Part shown: piece after piece, positions 8,068-21,334 of the stretch
How positions within the stretch are numbered: the stretch's first letter is position 1
Layout: each line of letters opens with the position of its first letter
IMG/VR virus record: IMGVR_UViG_2534682338_000003
Location: 1 to 21,334 of that record
DNA: 21,334 nucleotides
Strand: one strand, 5' to 3'
From: a virus
Taxonomy: Duplodnaviria; Heunggongvirae; Uroviricota; Caudoviricetes
Translations under genes and position numbers: made by a program
The notes under the pieces: generated by a model
Databases searched by the model: none
What the model was told of the DNA's origin: nothing
What the model saw: only the letters and a program-made list of their open reading frames with translations

Positions 8068-9117
8068 GTGCGGGTATTACTTAGACCTGTTCTGGTGCCT
8101 GAGCTTGGGCTGGTGGTCCTTAAGCCGGGCCGTGAATCCATACAGATATTTCATAATCCTCGAGTGCTGGTGGAACCGGAACCAAAAAGCATGCGTAATC
8201 TGCCATCCGGAGTCGTTCCTGCCGTTCGCCAGCCGCTGGCGGAAGACAAAACATTGCTGCCGTTTTTTAGTAACGAACGGGTGATTCGTGCTGCTGGCGG
8301 CGTTGGCGCATTGTCCGACTGGCTATTACGTCATGTTACATCCTGCCAGTGGCCTAATGGCGATTACCATCACACTGAAACAGTCATTCACCGTTATGGT
8401 ACCGGCGCAATGGTGTTGTGCTGGCACTGCGACAACCAACTGCGTGACCAGACATCGGAATCACTGGAGCTGCTTGCTCAACAAAATCTGACAGCATGGG
8501 TGATTGACGTCATCCGTCACGCAATAAGCGGTACGCAGGAGCGGGAATTATCTTTGGCTGAATTATCCTGGTGGGCGGTCTGCAATCAGGTGGTGGATGC
8601 ACTACCTGAGGCTGTATCGCGTCGTTCGCTGGGATTACCAGCGGAAAAAATCTGCTCGGTGTACCGCGAAAGCGACATCGTACCGGGAGAGCAGACCGCC
8701 ACCAGCATATTGAAACAACGCACAAAAAATCTTGCACCGTTGCCTTACGCCCACCAGCAACAAAAATCACCACAGGAAAAGACGGTGGTAAGCATCACCG
8801 TTGATCCAGAGTCTCCGGAATCTTTCATGAAGCTGCCTAAACGTCGCCGCTGGGTTAAGGAGAAATACACACGTTGGGTTAAGACACAGCCGTGTGCTTG
8901 CTGCGGTATGCCAGCCGACGATCCGCATCATCTGATTGGTCACGGGCAGGGCGGAATGGGAACAAAAGCACATGATCTCTTTGTGTTGCCTTTGTGCAGA
9001 AAGCATCACAACGAGCTGCATACGGATACAGTGGCATTTGAAGATAAGTATGGCTCCCAACTGGAGCTGATATTTCGTTTTATCGATCGCGCGCTGGCAA
9101 TTGGCGTACTGGCGTAA
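8068..9117 (+). CDS. ydfU: YdfU, DUF968 protein with a C-terminal HNH-like Cys/His motif (349 aa)
   Basis: Same frame as ORF-track 8029-9117; I prefer GTG 8068 because GGAGG sits at 8059-8063 and the length then matches the 349 aa I recall; motif CACCGMPADDPHHLIGHG...CRKHHNELH. Confidence 0.75.
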   Translation: MRVLLRPVLVPELGLVVLKPGRESIQIFHNPRVLVEPEPKSMRNLPSGVVPAVRQPLAEDKTLLPFFSNERVIRAAGGVGALSDWLLRHVTSCQWPNGDYHHTETVIHRYGTGAMVLCWHCDNQLRDQTSESLELLAQQNLTAWVIDVIRHAISGTQERELSLAELSWWAVCNQVVDALPEAVSRRSLGLPAEKICSVYRESDIVPGEQTATSILKQRTKNLAPLPYAHQQQKSPQEKTVVSITVDPESPESFMKLPKRRRWVKEKYTRWVKTQPCACCGMPADDPHHLIGHGQGGMGTKAHDLFVLPLCRKHHNELHTDTVAFEDKYGSQLELIFRFIDRALAIGVLA

Positions 9118-9130
9118 GTGGAGAACGAGC

Positions 9131-9883
9131 ATGAACCTTGAAGCCTTACCAAAATATTACTCCCCAAAATCTCCAAAATTGAGCGATGACGCTCCAGCGA
9201 CAGGCACCGGTTGTTTAACAATTACGGATGTAATGGCAGCGCAGGGGATGGTGCAGTCGAAAGCACCACTTGGGTTGGCCTTATTTCTGGCAAAAGTTGG
9301 TGTTCAGGACCCTCAGTTTGCGATTGAAGGCCTGCTAAATTACGCGATGGCACTGGATAACCCGACATTGAACAAATTGAGTGAAGAAATCCGGTTACAG
9401 ATTATTCCTTACCTCGTGAGTTTTGCCTTTGCTGATTACTCCAGGTCTGCGGCAAGTAAGGCTCGCTGTGAGCATTGTTCAGGTACGGGATTTTATAATG
9501 TATTGCGCGAAGTGGTGAAACACTACAGACGCGGGGAATCTGTAATCAAGGAAGAATGGGTGAAGGAACTATGTCAGCATTGCCATGGTAAGGGCGAAGC
9601 CAGCACAGCGTGCAGAGGGTGTAAGGGTAAAGGGATTGTTCTGGATGAAAAAAGAACCCGGTTTCATGGCGTACCGGTATATAAGATTTGTGGGCGTTGT
9701 AATGGAAACCGGTTTAGTCGTTTACCGACCACGCTGGCACGACGTCATGTCCAGAAGCTGGTACCAGACCTGACCGATTATCAGTGGTATAAGGGGTATG
9801 CGGACGTCATTGGTAAACTGGTAACAAAGTGCTGGCAGGAAGAAGCATACGCGGAAGCGCAATTGAGGAAGGTGACGAGATAA
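9131..9883 (+). CDS. quuQ: Late-gene antiterminator Q (250 aa)
   Basis: Same frame as ORF-track 9101-9883; start chosen at MNLEALPKYY to match the length I recall; Cys-rich zinc-binding region CEHCSGTG...CQHCHGKGE...CRGCKGKG. Confidence 0.85.
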   Translation: MNLEALPKYYSPKSPKLSDDAPATGTGCLTITDVMAAQGMVQSKAPLGLALFLAKVGVQDPQFAIEGLLNYAMALDNPTLNKLSEEIRLQIIPYLVSFAFADYSRSAASKARCEHCSGTGFYNVLREVVKHYRRGESVIKEEWVKELCQHCHGKGEASTACRGCKGKGIVLDEKRTRFHGVPVYKICGRCNGNRFSRLPTTLARRHVQKLVPDLTDYQWYKGYADVIGKLVTKCWQEEAYAEAQLRKVTR

Positions 9884-9914
9884 ATGATTTTTGCTGAAGA
9901 TGGCGACATGATGT

Positions 9915-9943
9915 TTGCATTTTTCAAAAAATATGGATAAAAT
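9915..9943 (+). promoter_or_regulatory. PR'-like late promoter (TTGCAT-17 nt-TAAAAT) just downstream of Q
   Basis: -35 TTGCAT 9915-9920, 17-nt spacer, -10 TAAAAT 9938-9943; position matches the late promoter/qut region of lambdoid phages. Confidence 0.5.
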
Positions 9944-9989
9944 TTTTTCAACGATGGGCTTTGTATACCCGACGTTAAGAAAAAGTAGA

Positions 9990-10016
9990 AAACCCGCTGA
10001 TGAGCGGGTTTTGTGC
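9990..10016 (+). terminator. tR'-like rho-independent terminator
   Basis: ACCCGCT-GATG-AGCGGGT hairpin followed by TTTGTGCTTT, about 50 nt downstream of the candidate late promoter. Confidence 0.6.
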
Positions 10017-10304
10017 TTTAAATGGGGCAATGGTAATGTTGAATCTCATCCCGGGACTCATGTCTGTTAACTTATTATTTAGCTGGTGACTTGGTTATTT
10101 GCCTGATGTTTAAAATGTTTTCTTCCAGTACAATGTCCCTAAACACAATGAGTCTGCTTATTATATTATTAGCAGAGCTATTACGGCCAAAGTACAGCAT
10201 AAGCTTTTAAAGCCAATCAACCAGTCATCAAGACAGACGGGGTTATTCATAAAAACTCTCCATGTGTGATCCGATGGGGCCTGAAATTAAAGCTTTAATA
10301 TAGC

Positions 10305-10517
10305 TCATGAAAGGTAAACATTGGCAGCTGAAGGGCCACGCAGACCATTTATCCGGCAAAATTCCACGCGTAATCCGGTGGTAATTTCTTCTGCATCGCG
10401 GAGATTGAGCGCTGAGACATGAAGCTGGACATCGATACGACCATCGGATGGGGTGATAAGACCCTTGCCGCTTTTGCCGTCAAAGGTTTTGACAATTCCT
10501 GTCATTTTACGGGACAA
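10305..10517 (-). CDS. cspF: Cold-shock protein family member CspF (70 aa)
   Basis: ORF-track [29 protein letters not shown]...; divergent from cspB. Confidence 0.9.
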
Positions 10518-10817
10518 AAAAATTCCTTAATACTGATAACTTGGCGCACTATACACACGTTCCTGAAGAAAGCTATAGTTTTTTGATGGGGTTGAAGATG
10601 GCTGGATGTCTAAAATAAACATTGCTTCATATGTTCAACTATGCGTTAATGATTGCGTCGGTTTGAAGAACAGACGATATACGAAGTAGTTTACTAAAGC
10701 AGTTCTCATTTCAGGTGTTATTCACTTATTCCTTCTTTGAGTCTCTCCAATTAAGTACGAAGTCGTTTCTGTTATGCAAACCATTTATGCCGAAAGGCTC
10801 AAGTTAAGGAATGTAGA

Positions 10818-11033
10818 ATGTCAAATAAAATGACTGGTTTAGTAAAATGGTTTAACGCTGATAAAGGTTTCGGCTTTATTTCTCCTGTTGATGGTAGTAA
10901 AGATGTGTTTGTGCATTTTTCTGCGATTCAGAATGATAATTATCGAACCTTATTTGAAGGTCAAAAGGTTACCTTCTCTATAGAGAGTGGTGCTAAAGGT
11001 CCTGCAGCAGCAAATGTCATCATTACTGATTAA
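10818..11033 (+). CDS. cspB: Cold-shock protein CspB (71 aa)
   Basis: ORF-track [37 protein letters not shown]...; long 5' leader typical of cold-shock genes. Confidence 0.9.
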   Translation: MSNKMTGLVKWFNADKGFGFISPVDGSKDVFVHFSAIQNDNYRTLFEGQKVTFSIESGAKGPAAANVIITD

Positions 11034-11314
11034 AATTCATCGCTCGTCTGTATACGATAACGAAGAAGGCTGATGCCTGAGTAGAGATACGGACAGAGTA
11101 GTGAATATTGGATCTCTTTAATAAAAAGTAAGGAGGTCCAATACATGAAACAATGGCTAGCATATTTGGCAAAATCTTAATCAGGAAAAGTATGCTAACC
11201 ATTGTGGTGAAGTGCAGGTTTGCTGCATGAATAGTTTTACAGCAGAAGCTAACTGCTGGCATGGCAAAACAAAGTGCGTAAGTGGATGACTCCCACAAAA
11301 AGCACCACAATCTC

Positions 11315-11338
11315 AAACCCGCTCAGGCGGGTTTTTTA
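11315..11338 (+). terminator. Rho-independent terminator
   Basis: AAACCCGC-TCAG-GCGGGTTT followed by TTTTTT. Confidence 0.6.
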
Positions 11339-11396
11339 TTATCTGCTTTAAATATATTATTAAAATATAAAAAATACTTGTTACTAATAAAATCAA

Positions 11397-11567
11397 TCAG
11401 GCTACAGCTTTAAGATTTGTCTGGAATACTTTGTTGCAATGAGGGCAGATCAAAAGGGCACCTTTTTGTACTCTTGAAAAACTGTGTTCTGACTCTTGGG
11501 TGCAGTTTGGGCAGGAACATTTAACGAGATAATTACGGCGTGATTTTGAGTTTTTACGTTCTGACAT
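11397..11567 (-). CDS. YdfK/YnaE-like zinc-ribbon small protein (56 aa from the internal ATG)
   Basis: Same frame as ORF-track 11397-11618; start chosen at MSERKNSKSRRNYLVKCSCPNC...CPHCNK because AGGAAA lies 5 nt upstream, while the longer start has no SD. Confidence 0.55.
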   Translation of the reverse strand: MSERKNSKSRRNYLVKCSCPNCTQESEHSFSRVQKGALLICPHCNKVFQTNLKAVA

Positions 11568-11786
11568 AGGCTTTTCCTGTATAAATGGCCGTATACAGTA
11601 CACTAAATATGAAAACATTTCTCGTATTATTATTTTATATATGACTTTCTTTCAAAATAATTACCCACATTTTTAATGTGTATGTTTTTTTAGCGCCGTT
11701 GAGAACAACGTGTGCTGTCAAAACTACCCCGTAGACTCCGATCTTTTCAAACATATTGCACCATCCGTGTACATCGGGGTGAGGAT

Positions 11787-12002
11787 ATGAAATCAATGGA
11801 TAAGTTAACAACAGGTGTTGCCTATGGCACATCGGCGGGTAATGCTGGTTTCTGGGCATTGCAGTTACTCGATAAAGTAACTCCGTCACAGTGGGCTGCA
11901 ATCGGTGTGCTGGGTAGCCTGGTTTTTGGCCTGCTGACGTATCTGACAAATCTTTATTTCAAGATTAAAGAAGACAGGCGTAAGGCTGCGAGAGGAGAGT
12001 AA
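11787..12002 (+). CDS. essQ: Phage-21-type pinholin (S21-like holin) with dual-start motif MKSMDK (71 aa)
   Basis: Same frame as ORF-track 11712-12002; start at ATG 11787 after GGGGTGAGGA; sequence [26 protein letters not shown]...[13 protein letters not shown]. Confidence 0.85.
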   Translation: MKSMDKLTTGVAYGTSAGNAGFWALQLLDKVTPSQWAAIGVLGSLVFGLLTYLTNLYFKIKEDRRKAARGE

Positions 12003-12006
12003 TCCA

Positions 12007-12314
12007 ATGACTCAAGACTATGAACTGGTTGTGAAAGGAGCCCGTAATTTTGAGAATAAAGTTACGGTAACTGTAGCCTTACAGGACAAAGAACGCTTTG
12101 ACGGTGAAATTTTTGACCTGGATGTCGCCATGGACCGTGTTGAAGGAGCTGCGCTGGAGTTTTATGAGGCAGCAGCCAGAAGGAGCGTCCGGCAAGTCTT
12201 CCTGGAAGTAGCAGAAAAATTGTCAGAAAAAGTTGAGTCTTATCTGCAGCATCAGTACTCCTTTAAGATTGAAAATCCTGCCAATAAGCACGAGCGTCCT
12301 CATCATAAATATAT

Positions 12315-12318
<4 letters not shown>
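12007..12318 (+). CDS. ydfR: YdfR (103 aa), uncharacterised protein within the lysis cassette
   Basis: ORF-track ORF; stop overlaps the rrrQ start (ATGA). Confidence 0.75.
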
Positions 12319-13342
<1,024 letters not shown>

Positions 13343-13705
13343 GGTAATATTAAATCGGAACATTTACATCGCGGAATGTAAAATTTAAATAAAAAGGACT
13401 CTTCCATGAGCCAAAATTCCTGAAATCTTAAGGGTAAGATAAAAGGTCTTAATCAGAATGACACGTTATTATTAATAAATAAAGCTATTCTTTCATTGCT
13501 GTGTTTTTCTTTACAAAAGTAATCCTTGCTATGGGTGGTTAATCATGCGTTAATGGTGTTCTGGTTTGTTACAAATTTATCTGAAGCAGTCATTGTTATA
13601 ATTTTATTATTTGTACCTCTTGAGATTTCCTTGTTGGTTTTTCTCTCTGATATTTTTTTTCGGACCATTCTGCCCAAGGGCTAATTTCTTCAAAAGGTAA
13701 TAATT

Positions 13706-13918
13706 ATGTCTAACAAAATGACTGGTTTAGTGAAATGGTTTAACCCTGAAAAAGGTTTTGGTTTCATCACGCCGAAAGATGGCAGCAAAGATGTGTTTGT
13801 CCATTTCTCAGCAATTCAGAGCAACGATTTCAAAACATTAACTGAGAATCAGGAAGTTGAATTTGGTATTGAGAACGGACCTAAAGGTCCTGCCGCTGTT
13901 CATGTAGTGGCGCTTTGA
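13706..13918 (+). CDS. cspI: Cold-shock protein CspI (70 aa)
   Basis: ORF-track [37 protein letters not shown]...; long AT-rich 5' leader. Confidence 0.9.
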   Translation: MSNKMTGLVKWFNPEKGFGFITPKDGSKDVFVHFSAIQSNDFKTLTENQEVEFGIENGPKGPAAVHVVAL

Positions 13919-14006
13919 GGTAGACAATATTACAAACCATATTCACTTTAGATGCCCGTGTTGTCATGGTTCCCAGTATAGAACATCATCTTTTGATGTT
14001 TCTGAC

Positions 14007-14117
14007 ATGAATCCTTTCGGGGCAAAATGTATCTTTTGTAAATCAATGATGATTACATTTGATAATATTTCACAATACTTAAATGCCAGCCGTCTGTCGT
14101 TGGATTTAAAAAAGTGA
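14007..14117 (+). CDS. ynfN: YnfN-like zinc-ribbon small protein; start uncertain (reading frame open from 13908 but first canonical start is ATG 14007)
   Basis: In-frame translation ...HIHFRCPCCHGSQYRTSSFDVSDMNPFGAKCIFCKSMMITFDNISQYLNASRLSLDLKK; a terminator follows directly; position between cspI and gnsB as in Qin. Confidence 0.45.
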   Translation: MNPFGAKCIFCKSMMITFDNISQYLNASRLSLDLKK

Positions 14118-14122
14118 AAATG

Positions 14123-14146
14123 AAGGCTCCTTCGGGAGCTTTTTTG
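14123..14146 (+). terminator. Rho-independent terminator after the ynfN-like ORF
   Basis: AAGGCTCC-TTCG-GGAGCTTT hairpin followed by TTTTGC. Confidence 0.55.
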
Positions 14147-14227
14147 CTTGGTATCTATTCGATGGATACTCACATACTACGGTAACATCATGAAAAAAAT
14201 CATAGTTTTTTTAACTCTGAACCTGCA

Positions 14228-14419
14228 GTGGTAGTGCCAGCGATGACTGGAGTTAACACCATCATGCGTGAATATCCAAATGGCGAAAAAACACACCTTA
14301 CTGTAATGGCCGCAGGGTTTCCATCTCTGACCGGAGATCATAAAGTCATTTATGTAGCCGCGGATCGACATGTTACTTCAGAAGAAATTCTGGAAGCAGC
14401 AATAAGGCTCTTGAGTTGA
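14228..14419 (+). CDS. Hypothetical small protein (63 aa), uncertain
   Basis: ORF-track ORF with protein-like composition but no clear SD; not recognised. Confidence 0.3.
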   Translation: MVVPAMTGVNTIMREYPNGEKTHLTVMAAGFPSLTGDHKVIYVAADRHVTSEEILEAAIRLLS

Positions 14420-14590
14420 TTTGATGCTATTGTATTGATAATTCAGGAAAATTTTCTTTGTCTGTTTGTGTAAAATTTAGACTATCGTATGTTGATTATT
14501 GCGATGTTTCATCTTATCTTTTACACGTTTGCACCATATAATCGACTTACTGTGTAACTGGAAAGTCATAACAGACTAAAAGAGGAAATG

Positions 14591-14764
14591 ATGAATATTG
14601 AAAACTTAAAAACAAAAGCAGAAGCAGATATTTCTGAATATATAACAAAAAAAATTATTGAACTTAAGAAAAAGACCGGGAAAGAAGTTACCAGTATTCA
14701 GTTTACCGCACGGGAAAAAATGACGGGTCTTGAAAGCTATGATGTCAAGATTAATTTAATCTGA
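14591..14764 (+). CDS. gnsB: GnsA/GnsB-family protein (57 aa)
   Basis: My translation MNIENLKTKAEADISEYITKKIIELKKKTGKEVTSIQFTAREKMTGLESYDVKINLI; AAGAGGAA SD upstream; an extra in-frame ATG at 14588. Confidence 0.8.
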   Translation: MNIENLKTKAEADISEYITKKIIELKKKTGKEVTSIQFTAREKMTGLESYDVKINLI

Positions 14765-14915
14765 TGTATTCAATAATAAAATTTATCCATAAACCTCGTT
14801 TTTACGGGGTTTTGTTATATTTGAATGGTTCCGAATATCTAAATCACAATTGTTGATGGTTTTTATTAAACCAATGCAGTCCGGCTCAGGAGTGAGAGAA
14901 GCCGGACGTTATGGT

Positions 14916-15326
14916 TTAGCGTGGTAAGATCTGTGTAGTTTTCTGGATGCTTTCAGTAAATAGTAATGAATTATCAAAGGTATAGTAATATCTTTTTTGT
15001 TCGTGGATATTTGTAACCCACCGAAAAACTCCTGCTTTAGCAAGGTTTCTTCTGTATTCCTGAAATGTGATCTCTCTGGATTTCAGCTTATTAGAGGTCG
15101 TTTCTATAAGATGCCTATCCTTTGAAAATTTGACAGACACAATGTTTTTTAGGCCCTTTAATAACACTGTATTATCATTTTTTAATACAATATGAACATT
15201 CTCTGTGGCTAAATAGTAAATGTAATGTGAGACATTGTGACGTTTTAGCTCAGAATAAAACCATTGATAGTTTAAATCGTTTCGAACTTTATCAAATATT
15301 TGTTTAAAAATGACTACCTGATCCAT
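14916..15326 (-). CDS. ydfO: YdfO, DUF1398-family protein (136 aa from the internal ATG)
   Basis: Same frame as ORF-track 14916-15341; start chosen at MDQVVIFKQ because GGAAGG lies 7 nt upstream. Confidence 0.75.
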
Positions 15327-15383
15327 AGATAAACCTTCCATGTGATATGAGGGGGCGTAGTCTGCACGATTATCTAAATTGCT

Positions 15384-15617
15384 TCAATCTGGTCTGACCT
15401 GTTTTCTGAGCAATTCAGTAATGTCACTCTTTTCTTTGTTTGCTTCAGAAGAAACTCTTTTTTCTGAGCACAGTCTCCGGCGGCAGGCTTCAATGACCCA
15501 GGCTGAGAAATTCCCGGACCCTTTTTGCTCAAGAGCGATGTTAATTTGTTCAATCATTTGGTTAGGAAAGCGGATGTTGCGGGTTGTTGTTCTGCGGGTT
15601 CTGTTCTTCGTTGACAT
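15384..15617 (-). CDS. ynfO: YnfO-like protein with a ribbon-helix-helix-like N-terminus (77 aa)
   Basis: ORF-track ORF; RNIRFPNQMIEQINIALEQKGSGNFSAWVIEACRRRL resembles an RHH DNA-binding fold; position next to the terminase small subunit as in Qin. Confidence 0.55.
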   Translation of the reverse strand: MSTKNRTRRTTTRNIRFPNQMIEQINIALEQKGSGNFSAWVIEACRRRLCSEKRVSSEANKEKSDITELLRKQVRPD

Positions 15618-15649
15618 GAGGTTGTCCCGTATTCAGTGTCGCTGATTTG

Positions 15650-16005
15650 TATTGTCTGAAGTTGTTTTTACGTTAAGTTGATGCAGATCAATTAATACGA
15701 TATCTGCGTCATAATTGATTATTTGACGTGGTTTGATTGCGTAGATGCACGTTGTGACATGCAGATGATAATTATTATCATTTTGCGGGTCCTTTCCGGC
15801 GATCCGACAGGTTACGGGGCGGCGACCTCGCGGGTTTTCGCTATTTATGAAAATTTTCCGGTTTAAGGCATTTCCGTTCTTCTTCGTCGTAACTTAATGT
15901 TTTTATTTAAAATACCCCCTGAAAAGAAAGGAAACGACAGGTGCTGAAAACGAGCTTTTGGGCCTCTGTCGTTTCCTTTCTCTGTTTTTGGCCGTGGAAT
16001 GAACA
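15650..16005 (+). other. Lambda-type cos site (cosQ, cosN with 12-nt cohesive end GGGCGGCGACCT at 15817-15828, cosB)
   Basis: GACAGGTTACG|GGGCGGCGACCT|CGCGGGTTTTCGCTATTTATGAAAATTTTCCGG matches my recollection of the joined lambda right and left ends; lies immediately upstream of Nu1. Confidence 0.85.
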
Positions 16006-16525
16006 ATGGAAGTCAACAAAAAGCAGCTGGCTGACATTTTCGGTGCGAGTATCCGTACCATTCAGAACTGGCAGGAACAGGGAATGCCCGTTCTGCGAGG
16101 CGGTGGCAAGGGTAATGAGGTGCTTTATGACTCTGCCGCCGTTATAAGATGGTATGCCGAAAGGGATGCTGAAATTGAGAACGAAAAGCTGCGCCGGGAA
16201 GTTGAAGAACTGCGGCAGGCCAGCGAGACAGATCTCCAGCCAGGGACTATTGAGTACGAACGCCATCGACTTACGCGTGCGCAGGCCGACGCACAGGAGC
16301 TGAAAAATGCCAGAGACTCCGCTGAAGTGGTGGAAACCGCATTCTGTACTTTCGTGCTGTCGCGGATCGCAGGTGAAATTGCCAGTATTCTCGACGGGAT
16401 CCCCCTGTCGGTGCAGCGGCGTTTTCCGGAACTGGAAAACCGACATGTTGATTTCCTGAAACGGGATATCATCAAAGCCATGAACAAAGCAGCCGCGCTG
16501 GATGAACTGATACCGGGGTTGCTGA

Positions 16526-16551
<26 letters not shown>
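16006..16551 (+). CDS. nu1: Terminase small subunit Nu1 (181 aa)
   Basis: ORF-track ORF MEVNKKQLADIFGASIRTIQNWQEQGMPVLRGGG..., lambda Nu1-like. Confidence 0.95.
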
Positions 16552-20232
<3,681 letters not shown>

Positions 20233-20252
<20 letters not shown>

Positions 20253-21334
20253 TCTCCCGCATATTGCCAGCATGGCTTTTAATGAGCCGCTGATGCTTGA
20301 ACCCGCCTATGCGCGGGTTTTCTTTTGTGCGCTTGCAGGCCAGCTTGGGATCAGCCGCCTGACGGATGCAGTATCCGGCGACAGCCTGACTGCCCAGGAG
20401 GCACTCGCGACGCTGGCATTATCCGGTGATGATGACGGACCACGACAGGCCCGCAGTTATCAGGTCATGAACGGCATCGCCGTGCTGCCGGTGTCCGGCA
20501 CGCTGGTCAGCCGGACGCGGGCGCTGCAGCCGTACTCGGGGATGACCGGTTACAACGGCATTATCGCCCGTCTGCAACAGGCTGCCAGCGATCCGATGGT
20601 GGACGGCATTCTGCTCGATATGGACACGCCCGGCGGGATGGTGGCGGGGGCATTTGACTGCGCTGACATCATCGCCCGTGTGCGTGACATAAAGCCGGTA
20701 TGGGCGCTGGCCAATGACATGAACTGCAGCGCAGGTCAGCTGCTTGCCAGTGCCGCCTCCCGGCGTCTGGTCACGCAGACCGCCCGGACAGGCTCCATCG
20801 GCGTCATGATGGCTCACAGTAATTACGGCGCTGCACTGGAGAAACAGGGCGTGGAAATCACGCTGATTTACAGCGGCAGCCATAAGGTGGATGGCAACCC
20901 CTACAGCCATCTACCGGATGATGTCCGGGAAACATTGCAGTCCCGGATGGATGCAACCCGCCGGATGTTTGCACAGAAGGTGTCGGCATATACCGGCCTG
21001 TCCGTGCAGGCTGTGCTGGATACCGAGGCTGCAGTGTACAGCGGTCAGGAGGCCATTGATGCCGGACTGGCTGATGAACTTGTCAACAGCACCGATGCGA
21101 TCACCGTTATGCGTGATGCACTGGATGCACGTAAATCCCGTCTCTCAGGAGGGCGAATGACCAAAGAGACTCAATCAACAACTGTTTCAGCCACTGCTTC
21201 GCAGGCTGACGTTACTGACGTGGTGCCAGCGACGGAGGGCGAAAACGCCAGCGCGGCGCAGCCGGACGTGAACGCGCAGATCACCGCTGCGGTTGCGGCA
21301 GAAAACAGCCGCATTATGGGGATCCTCAACTGTG
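20233..21334 (+). CDS. C: Head protease / minor capsid protein gpC (ClpP/S49-like), 3'-truncated by the window edge
   Basis: GTG at 20233 after AGGAGGAGAAGA; translation MTAELRNLPHIASMAFNEPLMLEPAYARVFF...; frame stays open to the window end; absent from the ORF track because it has no stop in the window. Confidence 0.85.
20947..21334 (+). CDS. Scaffolding protein Nu3, nested in-frame in the C gene, 3'-truncated
   Basis: In-frame ATG (MDATRRMFAQK) 714 nt after the C start, the offset I recall for lambda Nu3 within C; inferred by analogy only. Confidence 0.45.
   Translation, partial: MDATRRMFAQKVSAYTGLSVQAVLDTEAAVYSGQEAIDAGLADELVNSTDAITVMRDALDARKSRLSGGRMTKETQSTTVSATASQADVTDVVPATEGENASAAQPDVNAQITAAVAAENSRIMGILNC

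Noticed and set aside
7654-9221. Minus-strand ORFs 7654-7866, 7728-8141, 8510-8773, 8767-9132, 9006-9221 and plus-strand 8288-8491
   Set aside because: Antisense to or out of frame within rem, ydfU and Q, which have clear identities
10287-10298. Perfect palindrome TTAAAGCTTTAA downstream of cspF
   Set aside because: No loop and no adjacent T-tract, so not a convincing terminator
13964-14371. Minus-strand ORFs 13964-14173 and 14177-14371
   Set aside because: The plus strand carries a zinc-ribbon ORF followed by a terminator, which is the better model; the minus-strand products are low-complexity
15379-16487. ORFs 15379-15645 (+), 15907-16446 (-), 15941-16147 (+) and 16125-16487 (-)
   Set aside because: They overlap ynfO, the cos site or Nu1 in alternative frames

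Overview
This window is a mosaic lambdoid (Qin-like) prophage segment from an Escherichia coli-type genome, and its most interesting part is an IS-bounded, low-GC AIPR-family (abortive-infection-type) gene at 469-3860. All calls rest on reading the sequence and ORF track and on recall of known proteins; no searches were run. Left to right: the 3' end of an IS3 copy (1-468); a cargo patch with a GTG-initiated 151-aa hypothetical protein and the AT-rich 591-aa AIPR protein, followed by a terminator and a possible 29-aa hydrophobic peptide; a second DDE transposase (ISNCY/IS481-like); then prophage genes flxA (sigma-28-type promoter), a ydfV-like ORF, the relB-relE-hokD toxin-antitoxin operon, rem, a 92-aa ORF coupled to ydfU (DUF968), and the Q antiterminator with a PR'-like promoter and tR'-like terminator. 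These are followed by cold-shock paralogs cspF, cspB and cspI plus two zinc-ribbon small genes, a phage-21-type lysis cassette (pinholin essQ, ydfR, SAR endolysin rrrQ, spanins Rz/Rz1), gnsB, ydfO, ynfO, and a lambda-type cos site with terminase Nu1/A, W, portal B and the start of C/Nu3. No rRNA, tRNA or CRISPR array was seen.
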